DNA from: Pelomyxa schiedti
Lineage: Eukaryota > Protista > Evosea
Assembly: GCA_020536535.1 (NCBI GenBank)
Contig: JAHLWZ010000171.1
Span: forward strand, 1-64,000
DNA: 64,000 nucleotides
Direction of reading: 5' to 3'
The translations under genes and the position numbers were made by a program. Of this stretch, positions 1 to 12,532 are shown one piece after another. A model generated the notes under the pieces. The model worked only from the letters and a program-made list of their open reading frames with translations. It was not told the origin of the DNA and did no database searches. Within the stretch, counting starts at the first letter, position 1. Each line of letters opens with the position of its first letter.

Positions 1-700
1 ATGTCCTTTCCCCATAAGTTTTTGAAGTGTGTCATGCAACTCCTTAGGTAACCAGACAGGATGCTGGTTTGGGTGGTCTTTTTTGTTTGGGGAGGAAGTG
101 CTTTGGCTCATTGTGTGCCCAAGAAACCAACACCACAACTTGCACCCACCTCCTTCAAGAGCAATAGGTTGTGTTACTCCCAATCGTGCTCTCCCGAGCT
201 TTTTCCGCAGTTTTATGTGAAAAACAACTTGCGTCGGGAGTAAACTCCTGATCGTTTTTGGAGTTTACTCCGAAAAAACCCTGTTTTTTGCCGATTTCTT
301 GGCTCTAAGCCACGCTTCTGACATCGCCTGATCACCATGTCTTCCCAACACTATTTGTATATTTATGACCTTGTTTTGGTTGAGAGAGAGCCCTGTGTTG
401 CAAAGAAAGCAATTTTTTTATATTTTTGAGTAAACTCCATTGGTTGTCCCAATATCTGAGCATGGTACCTGACGAGGCAAAACGCATTTAGAGCACACCA
501 CAAGACAGTACAACCGATGGTACCACAATGGGCATGTTTTTGGTCTGAACTGAGGCTTCCCAGCTCTGTACCACTGCACACAAGTTTTGGAGCAAAAATA
601 AAAATCATCAGATCCAGATTCATTTTTTTCTTGCTGGTTTTGAATTATTTTTTTAAAGGAGGATTGTCCCAGAAATTCCACTTTTTTGAATTATTGAGTC

Positions 701-3700
701 ATGGGGAACAACACGAGCGGTCGTTCTCGCGAGCCGAAAATTGCAGATTCCGGCAGCGTGTCGTCAGCACCCTCTATCCCGCCGGTCTCGGCCACCGTCG
801 CCGCGGAAACGACGACACCAACAATCAGCAGCAACAGCAACGGCGCCAGCGCCCAGCCGCCGCCACGAGATCGTCCAAGCGTCGTTGGATACGACGAGTT
901 CCAGAGGGTGTTGCGCGACCGCGCCGCTTTCTTCACAGCGATGTCAAAGTCGGTCACCGTCGCAGAAGTGCAGAACTCGTCGGGGAGTCTCGTTGTGGCC
1001 AGGAACTTCAGGCTCGTGAGGAAAATCGCGCACGGTTGCAATGGTATAAAGCGGTGCATGGGCATGGGTTGGGCTGGGTGTTACTGACGTTCGTGAATTT
1101 TTTTTTTGACAGGGATTGTGTTTGAGGTGAAGTGCATTGGGGAGGGACACCCTCAGTTGTTCAAGGACCAGTCTTATGTCCTCAAGGTTCCTTTCAATTA
1201 TGGTATCAGCACAAAGAGTGTTCAGAACGCCTTTGAGGTGTGCATTTAGATCTCTTCTTTTTTTTTTCCACCCTCTGCCAGAATGAATACCTCATGTCAT
1301 CCACATTGGCCCCACACCCAAATATCAACCAATATTTCTGTCACTTCACAGACCGCATCCCGCAAGAGTATTATGACCACCTCCCAGAGGTGGCCAAGGA
1401 GCTTGCATTTGACAAAGCGAGGAATCGCCTGCATGCGTGCATGTGGGTTGTGCTTGAGCATCACTCAGAGACATTGGAGCAGTTTTTGAGACACCTCAGT
1501 ACCACTGCTCCCCAATCAACCGCCACCATCACCACACCATGGCCAATTGTTCACAAGTACGCCAGGGATATTTGCGCTGCTCTTGTGCATCTTTTCAAGA
1601 ATCGCACGATTCACTTTGACATCAAGTTAGACAACATTGTGATTTCCTCTGTGTGTTTCTCTGTCTTTTCTCCCACTCCATCACACTCAATTGATAAAAC
1701 AACTCAGAACAAGGAGCAGGCGATTTTGATTGATCTTGGGTGTGCAATAAAATTTCCGAAGACAAACAACAACAGGCCGTTCGAGACCGAAACACTGGCT
1801 CTCATGTCTGTGCAAGGAAATCAAAGCCACAGAGCACCTGAGATCATCAATGGAATTGCAGAGTACAAACAGAACCCAGAACGGGGTTCGATGTTTTGTT
1901 GTGACAAGGTACCCCCAAAAAACAACTACCAACTCTGTAATAATCTCATCTCCCGCTATGTCCAAAACAGCAACCTTCATTTGAACTTGGATGCATTTTG
2001 TTTGAACTTGCAATGTGCGGAGAACATCCACTTCCAGGATTCCCTGGTGGCTATGGCCCAAGTGGTCAGATCACATTCTCATTTGAGAGTGAGGAAGAGT
2101 TCCCCATGAAACCACTGGCATTCCCAAAGGAGTTTTGCAACCTTGTCCGATCATTGTTGCAGTGTGACCCTGATAAGAGGATTCCTCTTTTGGAGGCTGC
2201 AGATGTGCTGTCAAACATTGATCCCCCTGAATTCCTCTCATTTTACAATATTGTTATCCCTCAGATAAATGATGCAGGTTTGAACACAAAAACCATGAAG
2301 TTTCTCAATGACAAAAACCAACACAGGAACGATGACAGGCAAGGCAATATGTCAGATTCTTTGTGGTTATGCAAGAGATTGTGCTGACACCCTCCACAGG
2401 GCTCTGGAATTGGAACCGCTGTTCTCACCTGCTTTGCTGATTTTGCATTATCTCAATTCTTGTACTGCTATTACCTCCCCCACCTCTCAACATCCCGGCG
2501 TTCTCCCGGCACTCACAGGGCTAACGGCCACATTCACAGCCACAGATGTGGAATTCATGAGAGCCGTCATCAACAAGGAACACAGGAACACACTCCCTGA
2601 ATTGATTTTGACAGCACTCTGGACAAGGCACATCTCACATGAGGCTTGTCATCGCAACCCCACTGAGTTGCTTCTTAAAAAGGTACCAACCACAACGTTG
2701 GCCTCCCTTTTTTTGAGGTGTGCTGTCCACACACGAAACGAGATGATGATGCAGGCACTTTCACAGTTGGAGGTAGGAGACATTGACTCTGCCCTTGACC
2801 TTGTTGCCAGTGCAACCTCCCTTTTTGAACACGAGATGATGAACACCTGTGTGTGGAAGTCTTCTTTTTATTTTTCCTCTCATCCATGAAACAAACAAAG
2901 CGAAAACAGGCAACAACCATCCTGGGCAATGTGAATACCTCCCTGGACTGTTGTTCCTTTTTCTTCTCTGTCTTGTTGTCAACGACCATGTTGCACTTCA
3001 TCAGCACATACCAGCCAGCCTTGCCTCAGCTTTTTCTCATGCAGTCTCTTCCTCATTTGAATCAATGAGAGACCATTGCACACATGTGTTGAACAACGGG
3101 GAGACTTGGGAAAATAAAGTGGAAGTCACTGCTGAGTGGTCTGAACTTGTCTCAACAGCTGAACCCACAGGCAAGTACTCACTTACAGCTGCTGAACAGA
3201 GCCAAACACTGTGGGCCTGTACGAATTTTGTTGCCATGTGGAATTTCTGCACCTCCAATCAATGTGCTGAACCTATTTGGGTTGAACTAAGTGCAAATGC
3301 TGCAGCATATTCACGTCAATCCACTGTCAGCACACCAGTGGGACACATCCATTGGTGTTCTTCTTCCCTCATGCACCTGGGTATCTGTTACAACTTTGGC
3401 GGTGTTGTCACAGACATTCACAAGGCAGTTTCACTTTACCAGTGGGCTGCTGATGCTGGGAATGTCAGTGCAATGTTCAACCTTGGTGTGTGTTATGTGA
3501 ATGGAGATGGTGTTGACAAAGACAGTCACAAGGCAGTTTCACTTTATCAGAGGGCTGCTGATGCTGGGAATGCCAGAGCAATGTTCACCCTTGGTGTGTG
3601 TTATTGGTATGGTGATGGTGTTGACAAAGACATTCACAAGGCAGTTTCACTTTATCAGAGAGCCGCTGATGCTGGATATTCCATGGCAATGTTCGACCTT

Positions 3701-5034
3701 GGTGTGTGTTATGTGAATGGAGATGGCGTTGACAAAGACAGTCACAAGGCAATTTCACTTTATCAGAGAGCCGCTGATGCTGGGAATGCCAGAGCAATGT
3801 TCACCCTTGGTGTGTGTTATGACAATGGTGATGGTGTTGACAAAGACATTCACAAGGCAGTTTCACTTTATCAGAGGGCTGCTGATGCTGGATATTCCAT
3901 GGCAATGTTCAACCTTGGTGTGTGTTATGCGAATGGAGATGGTGTTGACAAAGACAGTCACAAGGCAGTTTCACTTTACCAGAGAGCCACTGATGCTGGG
4001 GATGCCAGAGCAATGTTCACCCTTGGTCTGTGTTATACAAATGGATCTGGTGTTGACAAAGACATTCACAAGGCAGTTTCACTTTACCAGAGGGCTGCTG
4101 ATGCTGGATATGCCATGGCAATGTGTGCCCTTGGTGTGTGTTATATGAATGGAGATGGTGTTGACAAAGACATTCACAAGGCAGTTTCACTTTATCAGAG
4201 GGCTGCTGATGCTGGGAATGCCATGGCAATGTTCAACCTTGGTGTGTGTTATGTGAATGGAGATGGTGTTGACAAAGACAGTCACAAGGCAGTTTCACTT
4301 TATCAGAGGGCTGATGATGCTGGGAATGCCAGAGCAATGTTCACCCTTGGTGTGTGTTATGTGAATGGAGATGGTGTTGACAAAGACATTCACAAGGCAG
4401 TTTCACTTTATCAGAGGGCTGCTGATGCTGGGGATGCCAAAGCAATGTGCAGCCTTGGTTTGTGTTATTGGTATGGTAATGGTNNNNNNNNNNNNNNNNN
4501 NNNNNNNNNNNNNNNNNNNNNNNNNNNNNNNNNNNNNNNNNNNNNNNNNNNNNNNNNNNNNNNNNNNNNNNNNNNNNNNNNNNTGGTGTGTGTTATGTGA
4601 ATGGAGATGGTGTTGACAAAGACAGTCACAAGGCAGTTTCACTTTATCAGAGGGCTGCTGATGCTGGGAATGCCAGAGCAATGTTCACCCTTGGTGTGTG
4701 TTATGTGAATGGAGATGGTGTTGACAAAGACATTCACAAGGCAGTTTCACTTTATCAGAGGGCTGCTGATGCTGGGAATGTCATGGCAATGTTCTACCTT
4801 GGTGTGTGTTATGCGAATGGAGATGGTGTTGACAAAGACATTCACAAGGCAGTTTCACTTTATCAGAGGGCTGCTGATGCTGGGGATGCCAAAGCAATGT
4901 GCAGCCTTGGTTTGTGTTATTGGTATGGTAATGGTGTTGAAAAGGACATTCAGAGGGCTGTGTTACTACTTGAGAGGGCAGCACAGCTGGGTGATGCTGG
5001 AGCACCTGCCATACTGGGAGTACTGCAATCATGA
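701..5034 (+). CDS. Ser/Thr kinase (PINK1-like) with C-terminal Sel1-like repeat array; multi-exon; spans an assembly gap
   Basis: MGNNTS N-terminus (myristoylation-like). Spliced kinase motifs IAHGCNGIVF, LKVPFNYGI, LAPHPNI, HFDIKLDN, IDLG, RAPE, LLQCDPDKR. First intron 1044-1112 restores frame. 36-aa Sel1 repeats (AMFNLGVCY..GDGVDKD.HKAVSLYQRAADAG) run to TGA at 5034. Confidence 0.85.
3380..5000 (+). repeat. 108-bp coding tandem repeat (Sel1-like), about 15 visible units
   Basis: Near-identical 108-nt units containing GACAAAGACA(G/T)TCACAAGGCAGTTTCACTTTATCAGAG; 11 units before and 4 after the N gap. Confidence 0.95.
4484..4583. other. Assembly gap (100 N)
   Basis: Run of exactly 100 N inside the repeat array. 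Confidence 0.99.
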
Positions 5035-5185
5035 TGTTTTGGTGAATACCTGGGGGGCAAGTCAAATGGTTGCATAAACAAACACAGACCACCAATCCTG
5101 GTCCAATCTCCCAATTCGAACAGGGAAAAAAATTCTTGGAATGTTTCTAATTTTAGTTTTTGTCAAACGAATTGAGTTTTGTCAC

Positions 5186-7024
5186 ATGTCTGCAATGGCG
5201 ACGAGGGAGTTCGACCAACGTGTGGCACGAGCCGGCGCCGAGGCCACGTGTGACTGCACTGCCGTCATGGACGCCCTGTGCTGTGACTTCCCTACTCCCC
5301 AGCACCGCAGCGACGTCGCGGCGCTGAGGCAAGTGCTGTGCGACAGGCTGATGGAGGCACCCGACGGCTTCGCCATCGCGCCAAAGCTGCTCGAGGGTCT
5401 GTGCTACTCAGTGACCTGCTCCACCCGCGAATCCAACGGCACTCTCGGTCCCAGTTCCACTGGCGCCACGGCTTCGGCTGCGGCAGAGGGAAACACCGAC
5501 GGGCGGGAGAAGGGCCCGGAGGGGGACATTATGGGAGGGGGGTGCGGATGGGGTGCTACGAACTGCGCAACCGGGCAAGACTACGAAGAGTTATGGGCCG
5601 TTTTGTTCCGGTTTGCCGCCAAATTGCTTAATTCCCCTCGAGAAGTCATGGTTCATTGTCTGCGGAACTATAACATTATGTCAGATGCACCACCACCACC
5701 AGCTACAAGCACACTTGAGGTACCTCCCATAACTCAGCCACAGCCACAGCAGCCAGCTTCATCGGCTATCCCCGGGCCACCACCTATTGAGCCAAGTAGT
5801 GGTCTTGAGGACGAGCACTTTGAACCTTTTGACACTGATTCTGACTTGCTGGATGTAACTCGGTGGGAACTTCCTGGACCTACTCTGGAGCAGAAATTAA
5901 GACATCTCATTGGAAGTCTCTGCCAGCAAGTGCACGTAAGACCTGCTGTGTGGGAGGCATGCGGGATGTCTGCCCAAGTTTTGGAGCTAGTCACTGTTCT
6001 TTTAACATGCGATATGCAACTGCAGGTTTGCTTTTCCTTGTTGAGGGTGAGCTTACCATTCCTAGGTTTTGATACCACAACTTGTCTTTATGTTACGCGA
6101 CCACATGATGGACAACGAAGAGTCCATCCCTTCTCTCCTTAAAGCTATTGTGAACACCCTGTGTGGCTCTTCCGCTGAAATACTTGCGGAACTTGTACAA
6201 CATAACCAGACACCTCTTGTCATGGCGCTCTTGCTCTCTTTAGCCAGCAGTAAACTCGGCCGTTCTTCTGTGGATGCCATTCTGCAGGTATTCAATTAAT
6301 CATTTCACTGCACCACTCACGTTCACAAGTATTTACCCCTGGCAGGGGGTAGACTTGATTTTTTGGTGTCCAGGGCTGAAGGTGAAATGAGTGCTGCTGA
6401 AGTTGGAGTTGTGTGTGAGTTTATTCGGTCTCTATCGCGCCAACCTCATGACCTTTCCAGGTTAGACACCAAAAGATAATAGAAGGCCATTAACATTCTA
6501 AATCTAGGGAAATTCTCCAATCTGGAGCTTTCAGAAGCTTGCTCTGTGCATATATAGATTTTGCTCACCCAAGGTTCCACAACGCTGCACAGCCGGCACT
6601 CCTCGATTTATGCACTATCAGCGATGTTTTCAAGTCTTTTGTGCTACGCGTGGATGAACTCCGGGCCGCATGCAGTGACGTGGAGTTTCCCCACCGACAT
6701 CCGGTTGACGCATGTGTGTGGGCCGCATTGGGTTGCGCACCTCAGCACTGCTTAACAAGTACAACCTTGAGTGCACTTACTCCGCCGGCCTGTATAATGG
6801 TATTGGAGCTTATAGCAAATACTCACACAAAACCGGACTGGGTGACTGCGGAGCTACAGAAATACTCAAAATCACTACCACGCAAACTTCCTGGAGTTGC
6901 CCATGAGGAAGGAGAAGAGAGTGGAACCACAGATGATGAACCACAAAGAGAAAAGCAGGAAGCCTCCACCAACAAAATCCACACCCTCCTTAAAAGAATC
7001 CTATTTGCATCAAAATCTGACTGA
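5186..7024 (+). CDS. Hypothetical protein, probably alpha-helical; multi-exon
   Basis: Consecutive ORF fragments (5141-6142, 6069-6299, 6539-7024) joinable by short GT-AG introns; no family recognised. Confidence 0.6.
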
Positions 7025-7103
7025 CAGGGAGGAATGAAGGCTCCCTTTAACACACGTAGTAGAAGAACGTCTTGTCACATACATACACAAAACATTCTTT
7101 AAA

Positions 7104-9036
7104 TTAAGAATCTTCTGTTAGTGCATGTAGGTCAGGGGTGAGTTTAAAGTGGGCAACAATCCACATAGTGCAGTCGTGGCTTAGGTCAATCCTCTTTGGG
7201 AACTGGGGGCGATAACTCAGGAGAGACCTGCCAAGTGCACGAGATTCCTCAGAGGTCATCCCCCGACTGTCAACAAACCACCCCACATCTTCCTTTGGAA
7301 CAACAGGATCATCCATACACTCTGATACAATGTGGGCAAAGGTTTCCCAGCTGATCTCAGAGACAGAGAAAAAACTGAGCTCACACAGCACTCTTATGAG
7401 GGCAACGTCCTGCTGGGAGATTGCAAGATGAAAGCAATGACGCCGGTTGTGGTTATCCAGATTCATGGCGGTGTTGAACCTCGTGAGGAGGCACCGAGCC
7501 ACTTTGGCAGGAGCTATTTTTGCACCATATGAAGAAGAGAGGAACGCGGGGATCAGCGCCCAGATGGATTCCCTGCGTTTGCTCAGAGCGAGATCGGTGC
7601 CGTAATTGTCAAATATGAAGTTGACACAATCAATATTTCCGGCCATGCAAGCACTTTGAACCAGGTCACTATTTATAAGATCTTCTTTAGTCAGCTCAAA
7701 CTTAGTTATGATCCATTGCGCTCCAGTACTGGACGAGCATGCATCCTTTAACGGCCAGTAACCGCGGTCTCTAAAATCGGAAACAGTGAACCCTATGGTC
7801 TCAAGCCATGGCCACAGTTTCTCAATCCCAGACTTTGCACATTCTGATAATATCACATCAGTCTTTTTAACTTCCAGCACTCTCCCAAAATATTCCAGAG
7901 CTTCTAAGTTGGTGTTTCTGAAACAGTGTATCAGCAGGTCGGGCCCTGACATTCTGTGGCGTAGATCAACAGCTGTGATAGAAAAATGACTCCTCACGAA
8001 TTCCAAACAAGTAATGATCGAAGCTAATGACGGGGTCCACGGTTTTGAGCATTCCATACATACTTCGTACATAGTTTCAACAACGTCCCGCTTAGTGAAC
8101 CTGTTACAATAGTTCGTCACAAGATACGTGCAAAATTCGATGTTTCCACTTTGGATTGAATGTTTCATGACCTGTCAGCTGAGTGTTGAAAAGGTTTGAA
8201 ATGCACCACACCTGTGAGCTAACAATGTCCCATGGCTTAATTGCAGCAGATATCAGAGATTTGGAAATGATCCATTCAGCAAGAGTGGAGTCACCCCTCT
8301 TAGCGTTGTAACTGGCACATAACAGTGCCGCCTTAGCCCAGCCGTATCGTTTGTCTGTGTTCAGTACCTCTTCTATGAGAAATGGTGGTGACAATAGCAT
8401 TCTAACGCATTCTCTGGTGGCCTCTTCAAGAAACATAGCTCTGGACCAATTGTTTTCAGGTAGTGCAACGACTGTTTTCCCAATTCGTACTATAGTGTTG
8501 CATGCTGCAATGTCCCCGACATGGCAAGCAGTTCCAAAGAAGCTATCCATAGCCTACAAGAAAAAAACTATTGTTTGTTTTTCATCCAAAGCAGTTGAAA
8601 CAGTACCTGCAAATACAAGGAACGCACCTCGGCATTTGGTGGGCCACATGCCTCTAATAAATAAAGGCCTACTCGTGGAGCAAGGTATTGAGCACAGAAC
8701 CTTGCTGCTTCTACCAGGATAGAAGCCTCTCGATATAAGCCCTGCAAGTACTTGGCTACAAATGGTGTCAGCGGGAAAAAGGCTTCCGCCAGAACAACCA
8801 GCTGGTCCTTGGTTACAGCGACAAACAAAAAAAAAAAACACATGGGTTTATACCTCTCTGACAGAAAACTTCCAATTGGGGATAATGACAGTCCTCAACA
8901 CAGAACTAATTCTCAAACACTCGCTCTTACTACTGCTCATCACGTTCGACGTATTAACACCAATAACAGTAACGAAATTCTCGCAAATAATTCTTCTTTT
9001 TGTTGATGATTTTGGTGCCGTCGTTAGAACAGCCAT
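7104..9036 (-). CDS. Degenerate ankyrin-repeat-like protein; start uncertain
   Basis: Repeated motifs TACHVGDIAACNTIV, HSIQSGNIEFCTYLV, SACMAGNIDCVNFIF, LAISQQDVALIRVL across ORFs 8104-8550 and 7104-8168. Confidence 0.55.
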
Positions 9037-12000
9037 TTACAGGTTTGTGTATTTGTTGTGTGGGGCCGTTGGTGTTGGTGTTGTTCTTGTTATGGAATTG
9101 GCGTTGATTGGAGCCGGTGGTGTGGTGAGCGGGGGCAGATCCCTGAATGATGAACCCGGGCCAACCTGCTTGGTGACTGTGAAAATCCTCCCAGCCTCGG
9201 TGGGTACAGCTGGTTGTGGCTGGGTTTGCAAGGGGTCAGAGGACTTTCTCTTGTGCTTCTCTGACGACAGCCGGAACCACTTGAACCGGGGCGTTGGCCC
9301 GCCGGCTGCGGCTCCACTCTCAGGATCTTCTGTTGTTGCATGTTGCTGAGGGATTGGCGTTGGTTGTGATGAGATCGATGATGCTGTTGAGGGTGGAGAT
9401 GTTGATGAGGATGATAGCTTGGGTTTAGAGGGTTGCTCTGGGTTCACCGATTCTTGGTTGAGAATGGTTGATGTGCGCTTGATGGGAACTTGCAGTGCAC
9501 CCATGTTGATACCGGCCTCTTCATCTTTCTGCTGTCATTGGGTTGGTGTTATATGAGAGAGGGAGAAATACTGTTGTGTCAACAGTCAGATGAGAAACAC
9601 TCTCCCCGGCACTAATTAACCTTTCTTTTACCACGCGCTCTGTATAACACGTGAGACGGAGAAGGGAAAAAAAAGCACTAAGAAGGAAAGCAACCTGCGT
9701 GAATAATTTGTTCCCCTTCGTCGATTTGGGTTTCGTCATAATCATCATAGACATAACGAGTAAGTCTTTTGCAGGGCATGAGCCTTACAATTCGTGGCCC
9801 AATATCGAATGCACAAATCAAACATAGTGGAACAAGCATCCATGGTATGTTGTTCAAAAATTTGTCACCTCCAAAGAAAGGGACATCACTCATGTAGCTC
9901 ATCACCTGCAACTTATTTAGAATGGAGGTGCTAGGAACTAAATTTACCTCCTCAAAAGCAGTGTCATGGAATTTAATTACATATAGAAAATTGAATGCAA
10001 GCGGGGGGCCAAGGCGGCACAAGTACCTAGCCTAATGAGATTTTGAGAAAGTTGGAGACTTTTACACACGCGGCACTAAACATAATGCTGTTTGCACTTG
10101 AAAGTTGATTTGGTATCAACCGATAATAGTTGAAAAACCGAAGCGCAAAGAAAGCTGAGTAAGTAGCAATAATTAAGTAGAAAAGAGGCCCGATAAGTAC
10201 AACCTAAGAGAGGATTAATACCAGAAAGCGAAGAAGGAACTACGATGAGTAAAATACTACTAAGTCGAACCACTTCAGGTCGAATCATCAGAGCAAACAC
10301 ACTCAGAGTGGGGTCATCCCATCTGAATGTAACCTCACTGAAAACGACAATACACGAAAGAAGGGCCAAAATAACTCCTGCAACTTGCAGTGTGCGCGGT
10401 TTGACATAGCAACACCACATGTACTCTAGAAAATGTGAAAATTAGGTGTAAAAGCAATCTCGCTCGAATACCGCACCCATTACTGCAAGGAAACGGGGAA
10501 ACTTTGAACGGAAACTCCAGCGTATTTCACTACACTAACATCATTTGTTAAAAAGGAAGTTCAGGCATACTGTTCAGGCCTGCCTTTACTATTAAGGATA
10601 TCTTCCAAATAAAATGCAGTCTCAAGTATTTGATTGTATAATCTAGTTTACGTTAGTCGTGCACTGCCCAATTACTGATATTACGACATACGCTTGAGAT
10701 TGGGTCGACAAGTGTTGGTATTCCATCAAATTGTGGTGAAGTTTTACAACTGTTGAATAAGAAATGTGACTATCTCCCTCTGGCCTTACTTGCATATACT
10801 CAGCAGGGCACTAGTTTGTTTCTTTGTGAGCAAGAGTTGTATTCAACTTTGTTATCACAACCTTTTTTACAATGATATTGACATAGTCTCGTAATGGATC
10901 TAGTTCTTCAAGTGTTTCGTCATACTTCTTGATTTGCTAGTGGGAGGGTTAAGTTGTGAGTGTGTCACATGAGGTTTTCCCTTGTACCTGCAGGGTTTTC
11001 GCATATTGTTCTCTATAGCTAAGTGCATCACGGTGAAGATTTACAGCGTGGAACTGGCAGTATCTTAATCTTGTTTCCAATTTGCCTCTGTAAATTGTGG
11101 GTCCCATGTGTCAAGAATGGTAGTGATTATGGGTGCTTTTTAAGTCACGACACACCCACTTGCGCCAAAGTTTGCGAGGAAGTAATACAAGTCCATAGCT
11201 GAGTAGTAGTAGATACAGAATAAGACCATAAGCATTGCTGCATGACATGGCTACTCCAAACCAGTTTCTAAACTAACCATTACAAAATAGCTACTATATT
11301 TGTTATTTTCGTTACCCATCTCGACTGAGGGCTATGAAGATAATTAAAAATATGCCTAGAACTGCTCCACCTACAACATAGAACAGAATATTCTCCTTGA
11401 TAGCTGTTCGTAATTTCGCAAAAAAAGAGAATTCTCCCACAGTACTGTACGATTGCATTACCGGGAAAACAAACCTAATAAAATGAGTGTGAAAGCCAGA
11501 AAGAGTGAGAAGAAACCAGCAAAGGATAAATGTAGTCCAGTACAATAAGTTCCAGCATACAACCAATACCTCTTTTCTCATATAAAGAAGATCAAAGCAA
11601 GGTGAATGTTCTTTGTCATCGCTACTTTCAGAAGTACCGCTAGGACTGCTTGAATGTGAACTTGACTTAGAAACGCTGGTACTAATGCTACCACTGGTGC
11701 TAGTACTCGTACTTGTAGATGAACTGTAGCTACTGCTGGTACTGATGCTGTTGCTAGTACTAGGACTTGAACTGTAACTTGTACTGGAGCTTCCAGAGAG
11801 GCTGGTGCTTAAAGGTTCATAGGAATCAGTACTAGTTTCCATCAATTCATCGCAGGTAGTAGCTTTCTCCGCACTGGTACTGGATAGGTTATTTTCCGCC
11901 AAGCAAGTCTCATATGATGTCTATGAATTAAAAAAGGAAGAAGAAATTAGCTCACTATGTTTACATAGAAGTGTGATGTACACTAGAGATATCTATTGGA

Positions 12001-12272
12001 AGCATAACAGCAATCCCCATTGCAAGGAACCACCCCAAGAAAGTCAACCAAAAGGCATATCCTGGTGTTCTCTTCCATGCAACGTATCTGAGTTGCCAAC
12101 CCAACGAAACCCATAAGTAACCCCACACTGTAGAGAAGAGAATCCAAATGGCGAATTCACAAGCACCACAAAGCAATAAAATGCCGGGCACCACACACCT
12201 TCTGAGAAGAAAGAAGACAAAGACACCCAGAGCCCCCAGTTCGAAAAACACAAGCCACCACAGCGACACCAT
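9037..12272 (-). CDS. LMBRD2: LMBR1-domain membrane protein (LMBRD2-like)
   Basis: FLGWFLAMGIAVMLPIDIS; WNLLYWTTFILCW; PVMQSYSTVGEFSFFAKLRTAIKEN; YLCRLGPPLAFNFL; low-complexity C-terminal tail ending at 9037. Confidence 0.8.
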
Positions 12273-12532
12273 CCTCGCTCCTCCCGCCACGGACACCCAG
12301 AGGCCCCGATGATTTCTGTGCGTTTCGGGCACGAAACCCCAAAGATCAGATAAGTCGGGTTCCAGGAAAGTACTTTTCCCAGCGCTGAGGATTCCGCAGC
12401 AAAGAATTCTTCGGATGCCAATTCTATGTGCATAACGTGCACATCGCCCTTGAACGGTGATTGCACAAACTGCAATCACCTAGGAGCAGAACTTCCATTC
12501 AGTGCCCCTCGGTCACTTCTCGGTTTCCCACA

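Noticed and set aside
4484-4600. Apparent frameshift or pseudogene in the Sel1 gene
   Set aside because: Caused by the arbitrary 100-N gap
3380-5000. Regular repeats resembling a CRISPR array
   Set aside because: In-frame 108-bp coding units with no unique spacers, in a eukaryotic gene
12109-12116. Other WCCCATAA matches (also near 5725, 11130, 13040, 21399, 21695, 40725, 44645)
   Set aside because: Inside exons or introns with no structured RNA evident at +62; expected by chance
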